DNA of 64,000 nucleotides from the NCBI GenBank assembly GCA_963726455.1, contig CAVSCK010000004.1, positions 352,001 through 416,000 of the forward strand. The letters are read 5' to 3'. How positions within the stretch are numbered: the first letter of the stretch is position 1; each line of letters opens with the position of its first letter. This document shows positions 30,900 through 41,153 of the stretch, piece by piece. Under the pieces are notes generated by a model, which worked only from the letters and a program-made list of their open reading frames with translations, ran no database searches and was not told the origin of the DNA. The DNA is from an uncultured bacterium. GTDB taxonomy: Bacteria; Zixibacteria; MSB-5A5; CAIYYT01. Position numbers and translations under genes: made by a program.

Positions 30900-32143
30900 T
30901 TGACAGTGTTCGAATGGACTACTGAAATGCGATTTGTCGTCGCCCTGGTCCTCGGTCTTCTCGTAGGATTGGAGCGCGAAAGCTCGAAAAGCGATCACCT
31001 GAGCCCAATCTTCGCGGGCGTACGAACCTATCCGATCATCAGCATGTTCGGCTTCGGGTGCGGCTGGCTGTTTAAGGCAGGGGCCAGCTTGGCACTGCCG
31101 GCAGGAATGATCGCACTTGGCTCGCTGGCAGTCATAACGTACATGACCAAATCCAAAACCGGACGCTACGGGGCTACCACCGAAGTTTCCGCATTGCTGA
31201 CATTCGTCGTCGGCGCACTGGCGTTGCTGGCCGACGTGTGGCTGGCTATGGCTCTGAGCATTGCCAACACCGTGCTATTATCAGAAAAAGCTGAGTTGGA
31301 AACGTACGTTGAGAAACTGAACCGCGCGGAATTCCTGGCGGTTCTTAAGTTCCTCGTGGTTACCGTCATCATCCTGCCGGTTCTTCCGAACAAGGAGTTC
31401 ACGGATTTCCGGCTCAACCCCACAAAGATCTGGCAGACCGTAATACTGGTCTCCACAGTAGGGTTTGTCGGTTACTTCCTGTCAAAGAGATTCGGAAACA
31501 GGGTGGGGCTGTGGTTGTCTGGTATACTCGGTGGGATAGTCTCAAGTACTGCGGCTACCATCGCGGTCGGGCGCATCGCCCAGCGCGATCCGGCACATTC
31601 GGCGAATGCGCTGCAGGCGGCGATTCTCGCTGGAAGCGTTATGTACTTGCGGGTTCTGGCATTGATTGCCGTCATCAATATTGAATGTGCAGCGCTGATC
31701 TGGTGGAAGCTTCTGCTATTGACTGCAATCGGTGTGGCAATCGCGGTTTCGGTCAAACGATCCGACGCCGTGAACGGGCAGGAACGGCCGCCGACGCAGC
31801 CAAACCCCTTTGAGTTAAGGCCGGCGATTGTCTTCGCGAGTCTGTTCGTGGCATTGTCAATCGTAACTTATCTGGTGGAACAGCATGCCGGCACGACGGG
31901 AGTTCTGACACTTGCCGGTGTGGTAGGTGTCACCGACATCGATCCATTTATTTTGTCGCTGGCTCACAATCAGGCGACCGCCCTGCGGCTGATCGCGACC
32001 GCGATCATGATTGCGATGATGAGTAATACGGCAGCCAAGGGGTTTACTTCGGCGGTGCTTTCTCGCGATCGACGCCGTGACACATTACTCCGCTATGCCG
32101 ACGTGGGTCGTGCTCCACGTGCCATTGATTCTTCATCTGGTAA
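30900..32143 (+). CDS. MgtC/SapB + DUF4010 membrane protein, several indels in the last 110 nt
   Basis: LGLLVGLERE, AGVRTY, TTEVS, GGIVSSTA, NPFEL, GVTDID; last TM helix and TAA 32141-32143 recovered by frame correction. Confidence 0.8.
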
Positions 32144-32159
32144 GGCCAAGACGACGTCG

Positions 32160-34077
32160 CTACTTACACAAAGCGCAGGGCTCGGCTCCTCCTGAAAAAA
32201 TGTACTGAATCAGATAAACGACATCGGAGATATCAATGCTCGAATCACAGTTTGCGTCGCCATACTGTATCGGATTGGGCGCTGGCCCGTTGTTGAAAAT
32301 GTGTGCGAGAAGATATACCGCATCCGAGATATCCACGAAGTTATCGCCGCTGGCATCTCCGCATGGCCGGGCAACCGGCCTGTTGGTGACTTTAACGGAA
32401 ATGCTAATTGTATCGGTGAGCGATGGCTCACCGGCGTCGGTGATAGCAACAGTAAAGTAGAAGGTTGACTTGTAGGTAGGCGTACCGCGAGAGCGTGCCC
32501 GCCGGACCGTCAGTGAACACCAACCCATACGGAACGTCACCGCCGACAAAGCCCCAGGTATAGGGCGTAACGCCGCCGGCGGCCTCGAACTGGTAGAAGT
32601 ACGGTTCGTTAATGTATGCATCCGGCACCTGGTAGCTTACGATATGCAGAAGACCGTCGCAGTGATCGCCGACACCGTCCAAATCTTCATCCGGTTGCAG
32701 AGGATTGTAAACGTAGGGGCAATTGTCGCATGCATCACCGAGACCGTCGGTGTCGCTGTTGACCTGTGTTGGATTATACTTGAGGAGGCAGTTATCGACA
32801 CTGTTGGGTACGCCATCCAGGTCAAAGTCTGTATTGTTGGCAATCGTGGCGGTCCAGGCGAAGGTGGCCTGCACCATTCGCCTCATGTAGTCAAAGTTCA
32901 TGTGGGTCGTACTGTCTCCAAGCTCATGCCAGTAGGGACTGAAATTGTACTCCGCGAGAAAGAGGGCGTCATAACCTTTTAGGTAGAATGGGTAATGATC
33001 TGATCCGGAGCTGATGTCGCCGTAGACGCCCCAGATCCCGACCAGCGGATACGCAATGTCGATCCAGCTTTGAGTATAGTGGGAAATGTAGCCGTGGTGG
33101 AGTAAGGCGTAGGCATCGTTATCGTAGTTGGCGATCATATCCAGGTTAAACATGCAAGCGATCTGCTCTCCGCGGGCAACAGCGTCATCGGCGTAGTGGG
33201 CAGAACCCAGTAGACCCCACTCTTCGGCGTCGAAAGCGACAAATACTATGGTCATTGCAAAAGAAGAATCCTTAAGTGCTCGCGCCAACTCCATTACAGC
33301 AGCGGTGCCGGAACCGTTATCATTGGCGGCCGGACTGTCGACCCCGTCGTAGTGTGCACCGAGAATCAGATGAACATCGGGGTACTGCGTACCGACCTTG
33401 ATGGCGACAACGTTGTAGCAGGGAACATTACCACCCAACTGAGGCGGGTTGAACCAATCGTAGTAAACGGAATCATAGCCGTAGGAACGGAACTTGGCAG
33501 CGATGTAGTCGCGGGCGTCGTAAATGTCGGGCCATCCGGAAATTCGTCGATAGAATGCCTGCAATCGCGATGTGTATGCATAGAGAGAGTCCTGGCTAAT
33601 CTGGTCAATCTGAGTGCGCAGTCGGGCAATGTCGGGAGTGGGCAATTGCCCCGCCGGGGTCGGAGTAAACCGCACCGGAATTGATTTTTCAGGCATGGGC
33701 GCCAACCCGAGAGGCCGGTTTGCTTCCTCCAATTGCTCAGGTCTAACTCGAAAGACTCGAATCTGATCTTCCTGAAAGACAGTTTCGTAGTTGGCGGCAT
33801 CGGAGCGATTAGGCCAGGTGTCGAGCGCCAAGGTCTTGCGCGTGACGTCTTTGGCCACGAGGGCGACATCCAGACCGCTGGAAAGTAGTCGCGCAGACGA
33901 TAATCCGTCAGCGATCACAAGATAGCCGTCCTGAAACCGAACGACGGCCTCGGCGCCGGTTGCGTTCAATTTGTTTGCATCGGCGGCAGAACGTACCGAT
34001 ACACGATACAGATCGGCTCCAAGGATGCTGCCTGAAAACAGCAGCACTAAAATGGCAGCTATAAAGATTCTTTTCAT
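32160..34077 (-). CDS. Secreted M28 aminopeptidase with thrombospondin type 3 repeats, Ig-like domain and C-terminal dockerin, +1 frameshift at ~32487
   Basis: [27 protein letters not shown]; [20 protein letters not shown]; GTLS-GTPT joins ORF 32160-32621 bearing [18 protein letters not shown]. Confidence 0.85.
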
Positions 34078-34431
34078 GGCCTGTACTCCCTTCGAAGACT
34101 CGGAATCACGGCTCTCTGGGGTGAGTAATTGCCGAGAGACGCAATTCGGTGCGATGCACGATGTATTGTTAACTCAGTATACTCGTTTCTCTACGAAAAC
34201 GGTAGCGCTTTGTTCTGGAATAGTAGAGCTGGTTGTAGGCCATCGCGAGATCATATGGGCTGCCGCATCAGAATTTGCTTCATCGTTGACCGGAAAAGTA
34301 TTCCGGAATTTCGACGTACCGGAGGCGGGGACTGCGTCACGTGGTTCTCTAAGTCAAAGTCACGCAAAGGAAACGGATAGTATTCAATAGGGCGCAAAAT
34401 CCGGCACGGTCTTTGAATTGTCTATCGGTGG

Positions 34432-37400
34432 ATGAGAGCGCGTTTGTTCCCGATGACAGGAGCATTTTGCCTCTTGCTGTCTTTGGCGGCTACAGGCACA
34501 AATGTCAGCGATTTCAAAGTCAACGACGATTTCGGCCTGACCTATCAGGGTTATAGCAACATTGCTACCGACCTTAACGGCAATTTTGTCGTTTGCTGGT
34601 ATGATAAACGCAGCGGCAACAACGACATCTTTCTGCAGTTGTTCGATCGCAACGGCGTACGGCAAGGGACCAATCGACGAGTGAACGACGACACGAGTTC
34701 ACAGGAACAACTCAAGCCGTCAATGATGAAAGATCAGTCGGGCAAATTCACAGTTGTCTGGCAGGATTACCGGGCGAACGGTTATCCATTCAATGGCGAC
34801 ATTTACGGGCAACGCTATCTGGCGGATGGGTCAGTTCAGGCGGCCAATTTCAAGGTCAATGATGATTTCGGCACCGAGACTCAGGCCTGGCAGGATATTG
34901 ACTGCGACGATTTCGGAAACTTCGTGGTAGTCTGGGAAGATAACCGCAACGGCAATTACGATATATATGCCCAACGCTACCACAAGTCGGGCACCAAGCT
35001 GGGGACGAATATCCGGGTCAATGATGATGCCGGCGCTGCCTACCAGCATAACCCCCGCGTCACCGTTGATGGCACCGGCGATTTCGTAATTGCCTGGTAT
35101 GATAACCGCAGTGGTCGCGACGACATTATGGCGCAGCGCTACAACTCCTCAGGTGTCGCGCAAGGCACGAATGTTCTCGTCAATGACAATATCAATAATG
35201 AAAAGCATGTTATGCCGGATGTCGCCAGCGACTACAACGGCAATTTCACGGTCGTCTGGATTGACTATCGCAACGGCAGCTATCCCAACAATCCCGATAT
35301 CTATGGCCGTATGTTCTGGGCGGACGGCAGCAGCCGTGGCGGCAATTTCAAGATTAACAGCGACGGTGGGCAGTCCTCGCAGATGGAACCGGCGATCGGG
35401 ATGGATTATTTCGGGAATTACATAATCGCCTGGCGTGATGAACGCGAGGGCAATAACGATATCTACGCTCAATACTATGACAACACGGGACGTACAGTCG
35501 GCCTCAATTATCGCGTGAATACCGACGTCGGCACGGCTACGCAGTCATTTCCCAATGTCACAATGGATGGCATCAACATCTACTACACCTGGACGGATGA
35601 TCGCAACGGCAGCTTCGACGTATACGCAAAGATCAGCGAGTATGGTTCGCCGAGCATGGTCATCACGCCGCTGAGTTTCCAATTTACCGGCGATCTTGGG
35701 GGAGCCAATCCGGCGTCACAAAGTCTGTTGATCAGCAACATCGGTTACGGCATTCTCAACTGGCGCGTAACGAGCAATCAGAGTTGGTTACAGGCCATGC
35801 CCGCCACAGGTACGGCGCCGAGCACTGTTACGATCTCGGTCAATACTGCAGGTATGGCGTATGGAAATTACACCGGCCGTATCACGGTCGCCGATGTTTC
35901 CGGAAAAGATTCCTCACGCAGCTCGATCGTGGAGCTTGATATTACCGCCCCGGTGCTGCAACTCCTGCCGCAGAGTATGAATGTTGAAGCGCATGTAGGG
36001 GTGCCGCCGCCGGACGATAAGTTCTTTCAGATTGTTAACAGTGGTACAGGCACACTCAATTGGACGCTTTCCGGCATGCCGAATTGGCTGAAGTTCAGCA
36101 GTACTTCGGGAACGGCACCATCAGCTATTGACATTATGCTGCTGCCGGACTCGCTTCCGGGACCGGGACAATACAATGCCATTATCTCTGTGTCATCGCC
36201 ACAGGCAGTCAATTCGCCGCAAACATTTACTTTGAATCTAAGTTATCTCGCCGATACTCCGATCATCACGAACGATCCCGATACGGTGTACCTCACCTAT
36301 GCAGTGAATGCCACATCTATTCCATCGCAGGAAATCGTCATTTACAATACCGGGATTGGGACATTGAATTGGCAAATTTCCGCCGATGTGACCTGGGTCG
36401 TATTTGATGTTGACGCCGGCGTCGGCGACGGGGTGGTCAAAATTAACACTACACCGGCGTCCCTGGCGGTAGGGGATCATTACACACCGCTGACAATAAC
36501 AGATCCTGCCGCCTGTAACTCGCCTCACTATGCAGTGCTGCATGCCCATGTCACTGACGTAGCGCCCACGATTCAGGTTTCTCCAGATAGTCTGCATTTC
36601 GTCTGTTATGCAAGCGGACCGCAGGATTCATCGCGAACCGTGACTGTCGCTAACACAGGTGGAGGAACGATGGATTGGTCGGTGATGGAGAATGCCGTAT
36701 GGCTGTCATTCAATCCGACCTCCGGTTTAGGGAGCGGACAGACTAGCGCCACGGTCACGACCGGAGGATTACCGACAGGCAATTACAGCACATGGGCATA
36801 TTTCAATGCTCCCGGTAGCAGCAATCTGAAAGATTCAGTATTCGTGAAATTGGAGATTAAGGCCTGGGTGCCGCAAATCTGCGGGTTGGCTGCGTCCCTG
36901 AACTATTTGTCGCGAGAAAACATTGCTTATGTGGACACGCAACGAATTACCGTGCAGACTTGCGCGGCTGCGGGAATGCATTGGTCGATGACGACCTCAC
37001 CGGGTTGGTTGAGCGCAACACCGAGTAGCGGAATGGAAACACAGTTTAGTGATATCATCCTGAATGATCCCGGCACTGTTGCCGGTACGCATACCGGTCA
37101 AGTATCGGTTTCGTCTCCGGAGGCATCCAATTCGCCGCAGACAGTTCCGGTGGTTCTCAACGTGCTGCCGCGAGATACCATTGCGTTGACTTCTGCGAAC
37201 GTCAGGCAAGGTCAGCCATTCTCGCTTGACTTGCGGCTTCATAATTTGTTGCCCACCGATAGTCTCCATCTGCGAATAACGTTCGATGACAACTATTTTG
37301 TTTTTGACTCGATTTCCGCCAGCCAGCGCCTGAACGGTTTGATGACGTTAGTCACCGGCGGACAGCAAGCACTGGCGGCGAGTTTGACATCCGTCACGTC

Positions 37401-37896
37401 AACCGCCGGTTCTCTGCCGTTGCCGACAGGGAATGGCAATGTCGGCACAATTCATTTCCATGCTCTTGCGACAGCTTTGGAGGGTACGTATCCGATAACC
37501 TGCTCGGCCAACGTGCGCGATTCTCTGGGCATCATTCTCAGTCTGCCGGAAGTTTCAGGCCTGGTGTCGATTACCGCCATGACTCCGGTCGAACCCGATC
37601 CGGTCGCGGGACTGCCAAACGATTTTCGCCTTTACCAGAATTTCCCGAATCCATTCAATGCCGAAACCGTTATGCACTACTCGCTGGACCGGAGCGCTTT
37701 TGTGACCGTAGAAGTGTTCAACATCGTCGGCAGGTCGGTGAAATTGCTGCACACGGGGTTTCAGACGGCCGGAGGATACAGCATTTCCTGGAACGGCCGC
37801 GACACCTACAATGGCGAAGTTGGTTCAGGCATCTACTTCATCCGGCTGAGTGCAGACAATAGAACGGAATACGTCAAAGCCGTACTTCTGAAATAA
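34432..37896 (+). CDS. Secreted scaffold-like protein: 7-blade propeller, 5 BACON-type Ig domains, cohesin-like domain, FlgD/T9SS-like C-terminal domain
   Basis: Seven VND..Q..P...D..G.F...W.D.R.G..DIY.Q repeats; five N.G.G.LNW...WL..P..G repeats; SANVRQGQPFSLDLRL..ITFD..GNVGTIHF..GTYPI; NFPNPFN tail. Confidence 0.8.
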   Translation: MRARLFPMTGAFCLLLSLAATGTNVSDFKVNDDFGLTYQGYSNIATDLNGNFVVCWYDKRSGNNDIFLQLFDRNGVRQGTNRRVNDDTSSQEQLKPSMMKDQSGKFTVVWQDYRANGYPFNGDIYGQRYLADGSVQAANFKVNDDFGTETQAWQDIDCDDFGNFVVVWEDNRNGNYDIYAQRYHKSGTKLGTNIRVNDDAGAAYQHNPRVTVDGTGDFVIAWYDNRSGRDDIMAQRYNSSGVAQGTNVLVNDNINNEKHVMPDVASDYNGNFTVVWIDYRNGSYPNNPDIYGRMFWADGSSRGGNFKINSDGGQSSQMEPAIGMDYFGNYIIAWRDEREGNNDIYAQYYDNTGRTVGLNYRVNTDVGTATQSFPNVTMDGINIYYTWTDDRNGSFDVYAKISEYGSPSMVITPLSFQFTGDLGGANPASQSLLISNIGYGILNWRVTSNQSWLQAMPATGTAPSTVTISVNTAGMAYGNYTGRITVADVSGKDSSRSSIVELDITAPVLQLLPQSMNVEAHVGVPPPDDKFFQIVNSGTGTLNWTLSGMPNWLKFSSTSGTAPSAIDIMLLPDSLPGPGQYNAIISVSSPQAVNSPQTFTLNLSYLADTPIITNDPDTVYLTYAVNATSIPSQEIVIYNTGIGTLNWQISADVTWVVFDVDAGVGDGVVKINTTPASLAVGDHYTPLTITDPAACNSPHYAVLHAHVTDVAPTIQVSPDSLHFVCYASGPQDSSRTVTVANTGGGTMDWSVMENAVWLSFNPTSGLGSGQTSATVTTGGLPTGNYSTWAYFNAPGSSNLKDSVFVKLEIKAWVPQICGLAASLNYLSRENIAYVDTQRITVQTCAAAGMHWSMTTSPGWLSATPSSGMETQFSDIILNDPGTVAGTHTGQVSVSSPEASNSPQTVPVVLNVLPRDTIALTSANVRQGQPFSLDLRLHNLLPTDSLHLRITFDDNYFVFDSISASQRLNGLMTLVTGGQQALAASLTSVTSTAGSLPLPTGNGNVGTIHFHALATALEGTYPITCSANVRDSLGIILSLPEVSGLVSITAMTPVEPDPVAGLPNDFRLYQNFPNPFNAETVMHYSLDRSAFVTVEVFNIVGRSVKLLHTGFQTAGGYSISWNGRDTYNGEVGSGIYFIRLSADNRTEYVKAVLLK
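34510..35640 (+). repeat. Seven intragenic ~55-aa propeller repeats
   Basis: Counted in the translation. Confidence 0.8.
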
Positions 37897-38009
37897 TCAA
37901 TGAGCAGATTCGGGTATTCCCGCCAATCACTTCCCAAGGTCAAATAATCGCTTTTCCGTAACAATTCAGCATTTTACATACTGCGAACATCCGCGTATAT
38001 TCAGGCAGA

Positions 38010-40247
38010 ATGTATCAGCCCCTCAAGCTCGTTCTCGCGACTATACTGCTTATATCCATGTGCGCTAGTCCCGGCTGGGCGGCCAGGGAATCTACGACAC
38101 TCGACGCGGGCAATCTGTATTTCTTTGTTTCCAACAACGGCTCGTTTGCCTTTGACTCCAGTCAGTCGCGCGACGGGGTCGACGGATTATACTTCCCAAA
38201 GAACACTCTCAAATTTCTGATGGCCGGCGGTGGTATCTGGGTCGCAGGAAAGAAAAACGGTGAGTGGCGGGCCACCATCTCGGGTGACGAAAGTGAGTTT
38301 GTGTCAGGGCCGGCTTATCACCGCGTTAATGCTGCTTCACCGTTTCCATTGTACAAGATCAAGCGCGGGGAGCCATACGCGCTCAATGATGATTATCGCA
38401 ATTGGCCGGCATTTATCGGCGCGCCGGTTGATGCCCTCGGTCAGCCGCTGGTGATGGGCGCGCAATGTTTGTTCACGATGTTCAACGATACCGATTCGAG
38501 CGCTCATGGATTCAACATTTCCAACACGCTGCCACTGGGCGTGGAGGTGAAACTCTATGCATACACCTACGATAATGTGTATCAGACTTTCGACACCATG
38601 ATGACCCAGACAATATTCTTTGACTACACGATCACGAACAGATCTGACGAGCCGATTGACTCCTGCATCATCACTCTCTATGGCGATCCCGATATCGGCT
38701 ACGAAGGAGATGATCGCGTCGGGAGTGACACGGCAACTTCATCAGTGTTCTGCTATAACGACAGCGACTATGATCAGTATTACGGCAGCCATCCACCGGC
38801 AGTAGGTATCTGCATGCTCAGTCCGGCAGCCAATTCCGCAAATTTCTATTTTAACTATCGTCGGCTGGATCCGCCCTCGGTGCGGCTGGACAGTCTGTAC
38901 AAAACGATCAATATCGTAAAGGGACTGCAATTGATGGGAGAGCCGTACATCGATCCGACAACGTCTTTGCCGACACGATTTCCTTATAGTGGAGATGTTG
39001 TCAGCGGTAATGGTTGGATCGACACATTGTCGAAAGATTATCGCTTTGTGCTGAACCTTAGTCCGACGTTGTTGCCGGCAGGCGACAGCATAAAGGTTTC
39101 GGCTGCTCTGGTAGTTGCACAGGGAGTCACGCACCTTGAAAGCGTCCAGAAGCTTCTGACAGCGATGAGAGCAGTGCAAGGACAATATTCGAACAATGGA
39201 GCTGTGCCCGATTTGAGAATATCACCGCTGGATGCAGTCGCGATTCGCGGCGCGAATATTCGCGGACGTGATTGGGGCGGCAGATATCTCTCCGGCGGTC
39301 TCGATATGGCTTCACGTTATTTCGGGGACTTGACAATGCCGGACCGAACTCCGAAAGTTAGCATTGCATTCTCGGATAAGACGGTGCAACAGGCCTATCG
39401 CTATGTGATCACCGGAAGTGAGTATCGGTTCGCGGCAGATGAGAATCAGAAGATTGCAGTCACTGACACAAGAACAGGAAGTCCTCTGGAATGTGGTTTC
39501 ATCGATACTGACAACGATGGTACAATCGCCGATCATGACGGGCGGCTGGAGCCGATTATTGTTTTCACCCTGAATAGCGACGGCAGCGCACAGTCGCAAT
39601 TGACTTCGCTTGATCTTGCGCAACCGTCACCATTGAAACTCGTCGCTCTGCAATTGGACGCTTCCTTAACGGATCTTATTGGCCAGCGACTGGTCGTCGA
39701 CACGCGGCTGGTGAGCGAGCCCTTCACCTCGCTCTATCTGGGCGACTCCGGAAGCGTTGAGATCGATGTTCCCGCAGCCGACGCGTACTCTGAGCGCGTG
39801 CTGATGGTCAGGAACAACAGCCGATTTGTGCAGGACATTGACGCGGCCTCGTCTGATCCGCTGCAACTCTCGCTAATGCAATCGAATAAAGAAATTGGCA
39901 CCGGTGACAGCGCTCTGGTTTTCCTGCACTCTTATCCGCCTGACTCAGGTTCGCTGGGCGCAAGCATTAGTCTCTATTCGCGGCGACTGCGGGGCGAGCG
40001 AATGGAATTTCCCATTGCGTATGCGCCGCTGCACGGAGTCTCGGGGGATGCCAACGAGGATGGCGCGCTGACATTGGTTGATGTGATCGATATGGTCAGA
40101 ATGTTGTTTCGGGATGCACCGGTAACTGTGCCGACGCTCTTGCTTGACGCCAACTGCGATGGAGCATTTGACCTGGTCGACCTCGTGATATATCTGAATG
40201 TGCTGTATGGTCAAGGCGAATTACCCTGTGACGGTGTCGTTCCATGA
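38010..40247 (+). CDS. Secreted hypothetical protein with C-terminal dockerin
   Basis: Signal peptide; GDANEDGALTLVD...DANCDGAFDLVD duplicated Ca-binding loops. Confidence 0.75.
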   Translation: MYQPLKLVLATILLISMCASPGWAARESTTLDAGNLYFFVSNNGSFAFDSSQSRDGVDGLYFPKNTLKFLMAGGGIWVAGKKNGEWRATISGDESEFVSGPAYHRVNAASPFPLYKIKRGEPYALNDDYRNWPAFIGAPVDALGQPLVMGAQCLFTMFNDTDSSAHGFNISNTLPLGVEVKLYAYTYDNVYQTFDTMMTQTIFFDYTITNRSDEPIDSCIITLYGDPDIGYEGDDRVGSDTATSSVFCYNDSDYDQYYGSHPPAVGICMLSPAANSANFYFNYRRLDPPSVRLDSLYKTINIVKGLQLMGEPYIDPTTSLPTRFPYSGDVVSGNGWIDTLSKDYRFVLNLSPTLLPAGDSIKVSAALVVAQGVTHLESVQKLLTAMRAVQGQYSNNGAVPDLRISPLDAVAIRGANIRGRDWGGRYLSGGLDMASRYFGDLTMPDRTPKVSIAFSDKTVQQAYRYVITGSEYRFAADENQKIAVTDTRTGSPLECGFIDTDNDGTIADHDGRLEPIIVFTLNSDGSAQSQLTSLDLAQPSPLKLVALQLDASLTDLIGQRLVVDTRLVSEPFTSLYLGDSGSVEIDVPAADAYSERVLMVRNNSRFVQDIDAASSDPLQLSLMQSNKEIGTGDSALVFLHSYPPDSGSLGASISLYSRRLRGERMEFPIAYAPLHGVSGDANEDGALTLVDVIDMVRMLFRDAPVTVPTLLLDANCDGAFDLVDLVIYLNVLYGQGELPCDGVVP

Positions 40248-41029
40248 CAACGAGAGCGACTCTCGCAATCCTGGCCTTCGTGTTCTGTCTCTTTGCGGCA
40301 CCACGGAGCATAACTGCGTCAGACTATTTCGTTGATTCCTCGAACGTCTCGCATTCGCATGTGTACCGCAATCTGGTTATCGCGAACGTTGTCTGCGGCG
40401 CCGGCGCCTATGTGTATTTTGCGGATACCTGGGGAGCGCCGAACGGGAAGTTTCATATCAAGGACGAAATCCACGACAACATGGCGTTCAATGACGAGGT
40501 CAGCCACTTCTACTTCGGGTACAAACTGACCGACGGATTCGACTGGCTGTTTCGAACGCTGAAGGTACCGCCAGGGAAGTCGCTACGGCTGGCAGCGCTG
40601 CAGTCGGCGGCGGTTTTGACACTGGTCGAGTATCCGATGGATTCATACAATCCAAGTCAGGGAATGGGCCTGACCGACCTCGCGGCCGATTATCTCGGAG
40701 TCGGATTCTCTCTTCTGAAGAGAAAGTACCCGGACAATTTCGATATGAAATTTTGCGTGAAGCAACCGCCGTGGAAATTCGCCCACAAGTTTCTTGCGAG
40801 CCAAAACCAGGAATTCGACAATTGGATCTGGTGGGCGGTCTGGAAGCCGAAGTATGTTTGGGGCGGCGTCGGCTACAGTACCAATCATGACAAGAGTGAT
40901 GTCCAGCCGGAAGTCTATGTCGGCGCTGGCACAACGTTGTATGATCTACTGCATTTTGTGAAACCGCGTCTGGCCGATGAGTTCAAGGCGCTGGACACAT
41001 ACTTCATCAGTCTGAGATTTCGGCTGTAA
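40244..41029 (+). CDS. YfiM/DUF2279-like exported or membrane protein
   Basis: DEVSHFYFGY, E..D.Y...GMG..DLAADYLG; ATGA overlap with the upstream gene. Confidence 0.65.
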   Translation: MTTRATLAILAFVFCLFAAPRSITASDYFVDSSNVSHSHVYRNLVIANVVCGAGAYVYFADTWGAPNGKFHIKDEIHDNMAFNDEVSHFYFGYKLTDGFDWLFRTLKVPPGKSLRLAALQSAAVLTLVEYPMDSYNPSQGMGLTDLAADYLGVGFSLLKRKYPDNFDMKFCVKQPPWKFAHKFLASQNQEFDNWIWWAVWKPKYVWGGVGYSTNHDKSDVQPEVYVGAGTTLYDLLHFVKPRLADEFKALDTYFISLRFRL

Positions 41030-41153
41030 CGGACAAAACTGTGACCACTAAAGGGGAATTCGCAGTGAGATTTCTTTCAAATGTGATTGCCTCACTATTG
41101 TTATGAAGTAGAATTTGACGGATAATGTTCAAACCGGTCAGGCGGCCAACAGG

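Noticed and set aside
29870-41100. Mobile genomic island
   Set aside because: Accessory-looking content but no integrase, transposase, tRNA target or flanking repeats
41050-41150. LexA box upstream of dinB
   Set aside because: No match to SOS boxes I know; only a weak AGTGAG/CTCACT inverted repeat
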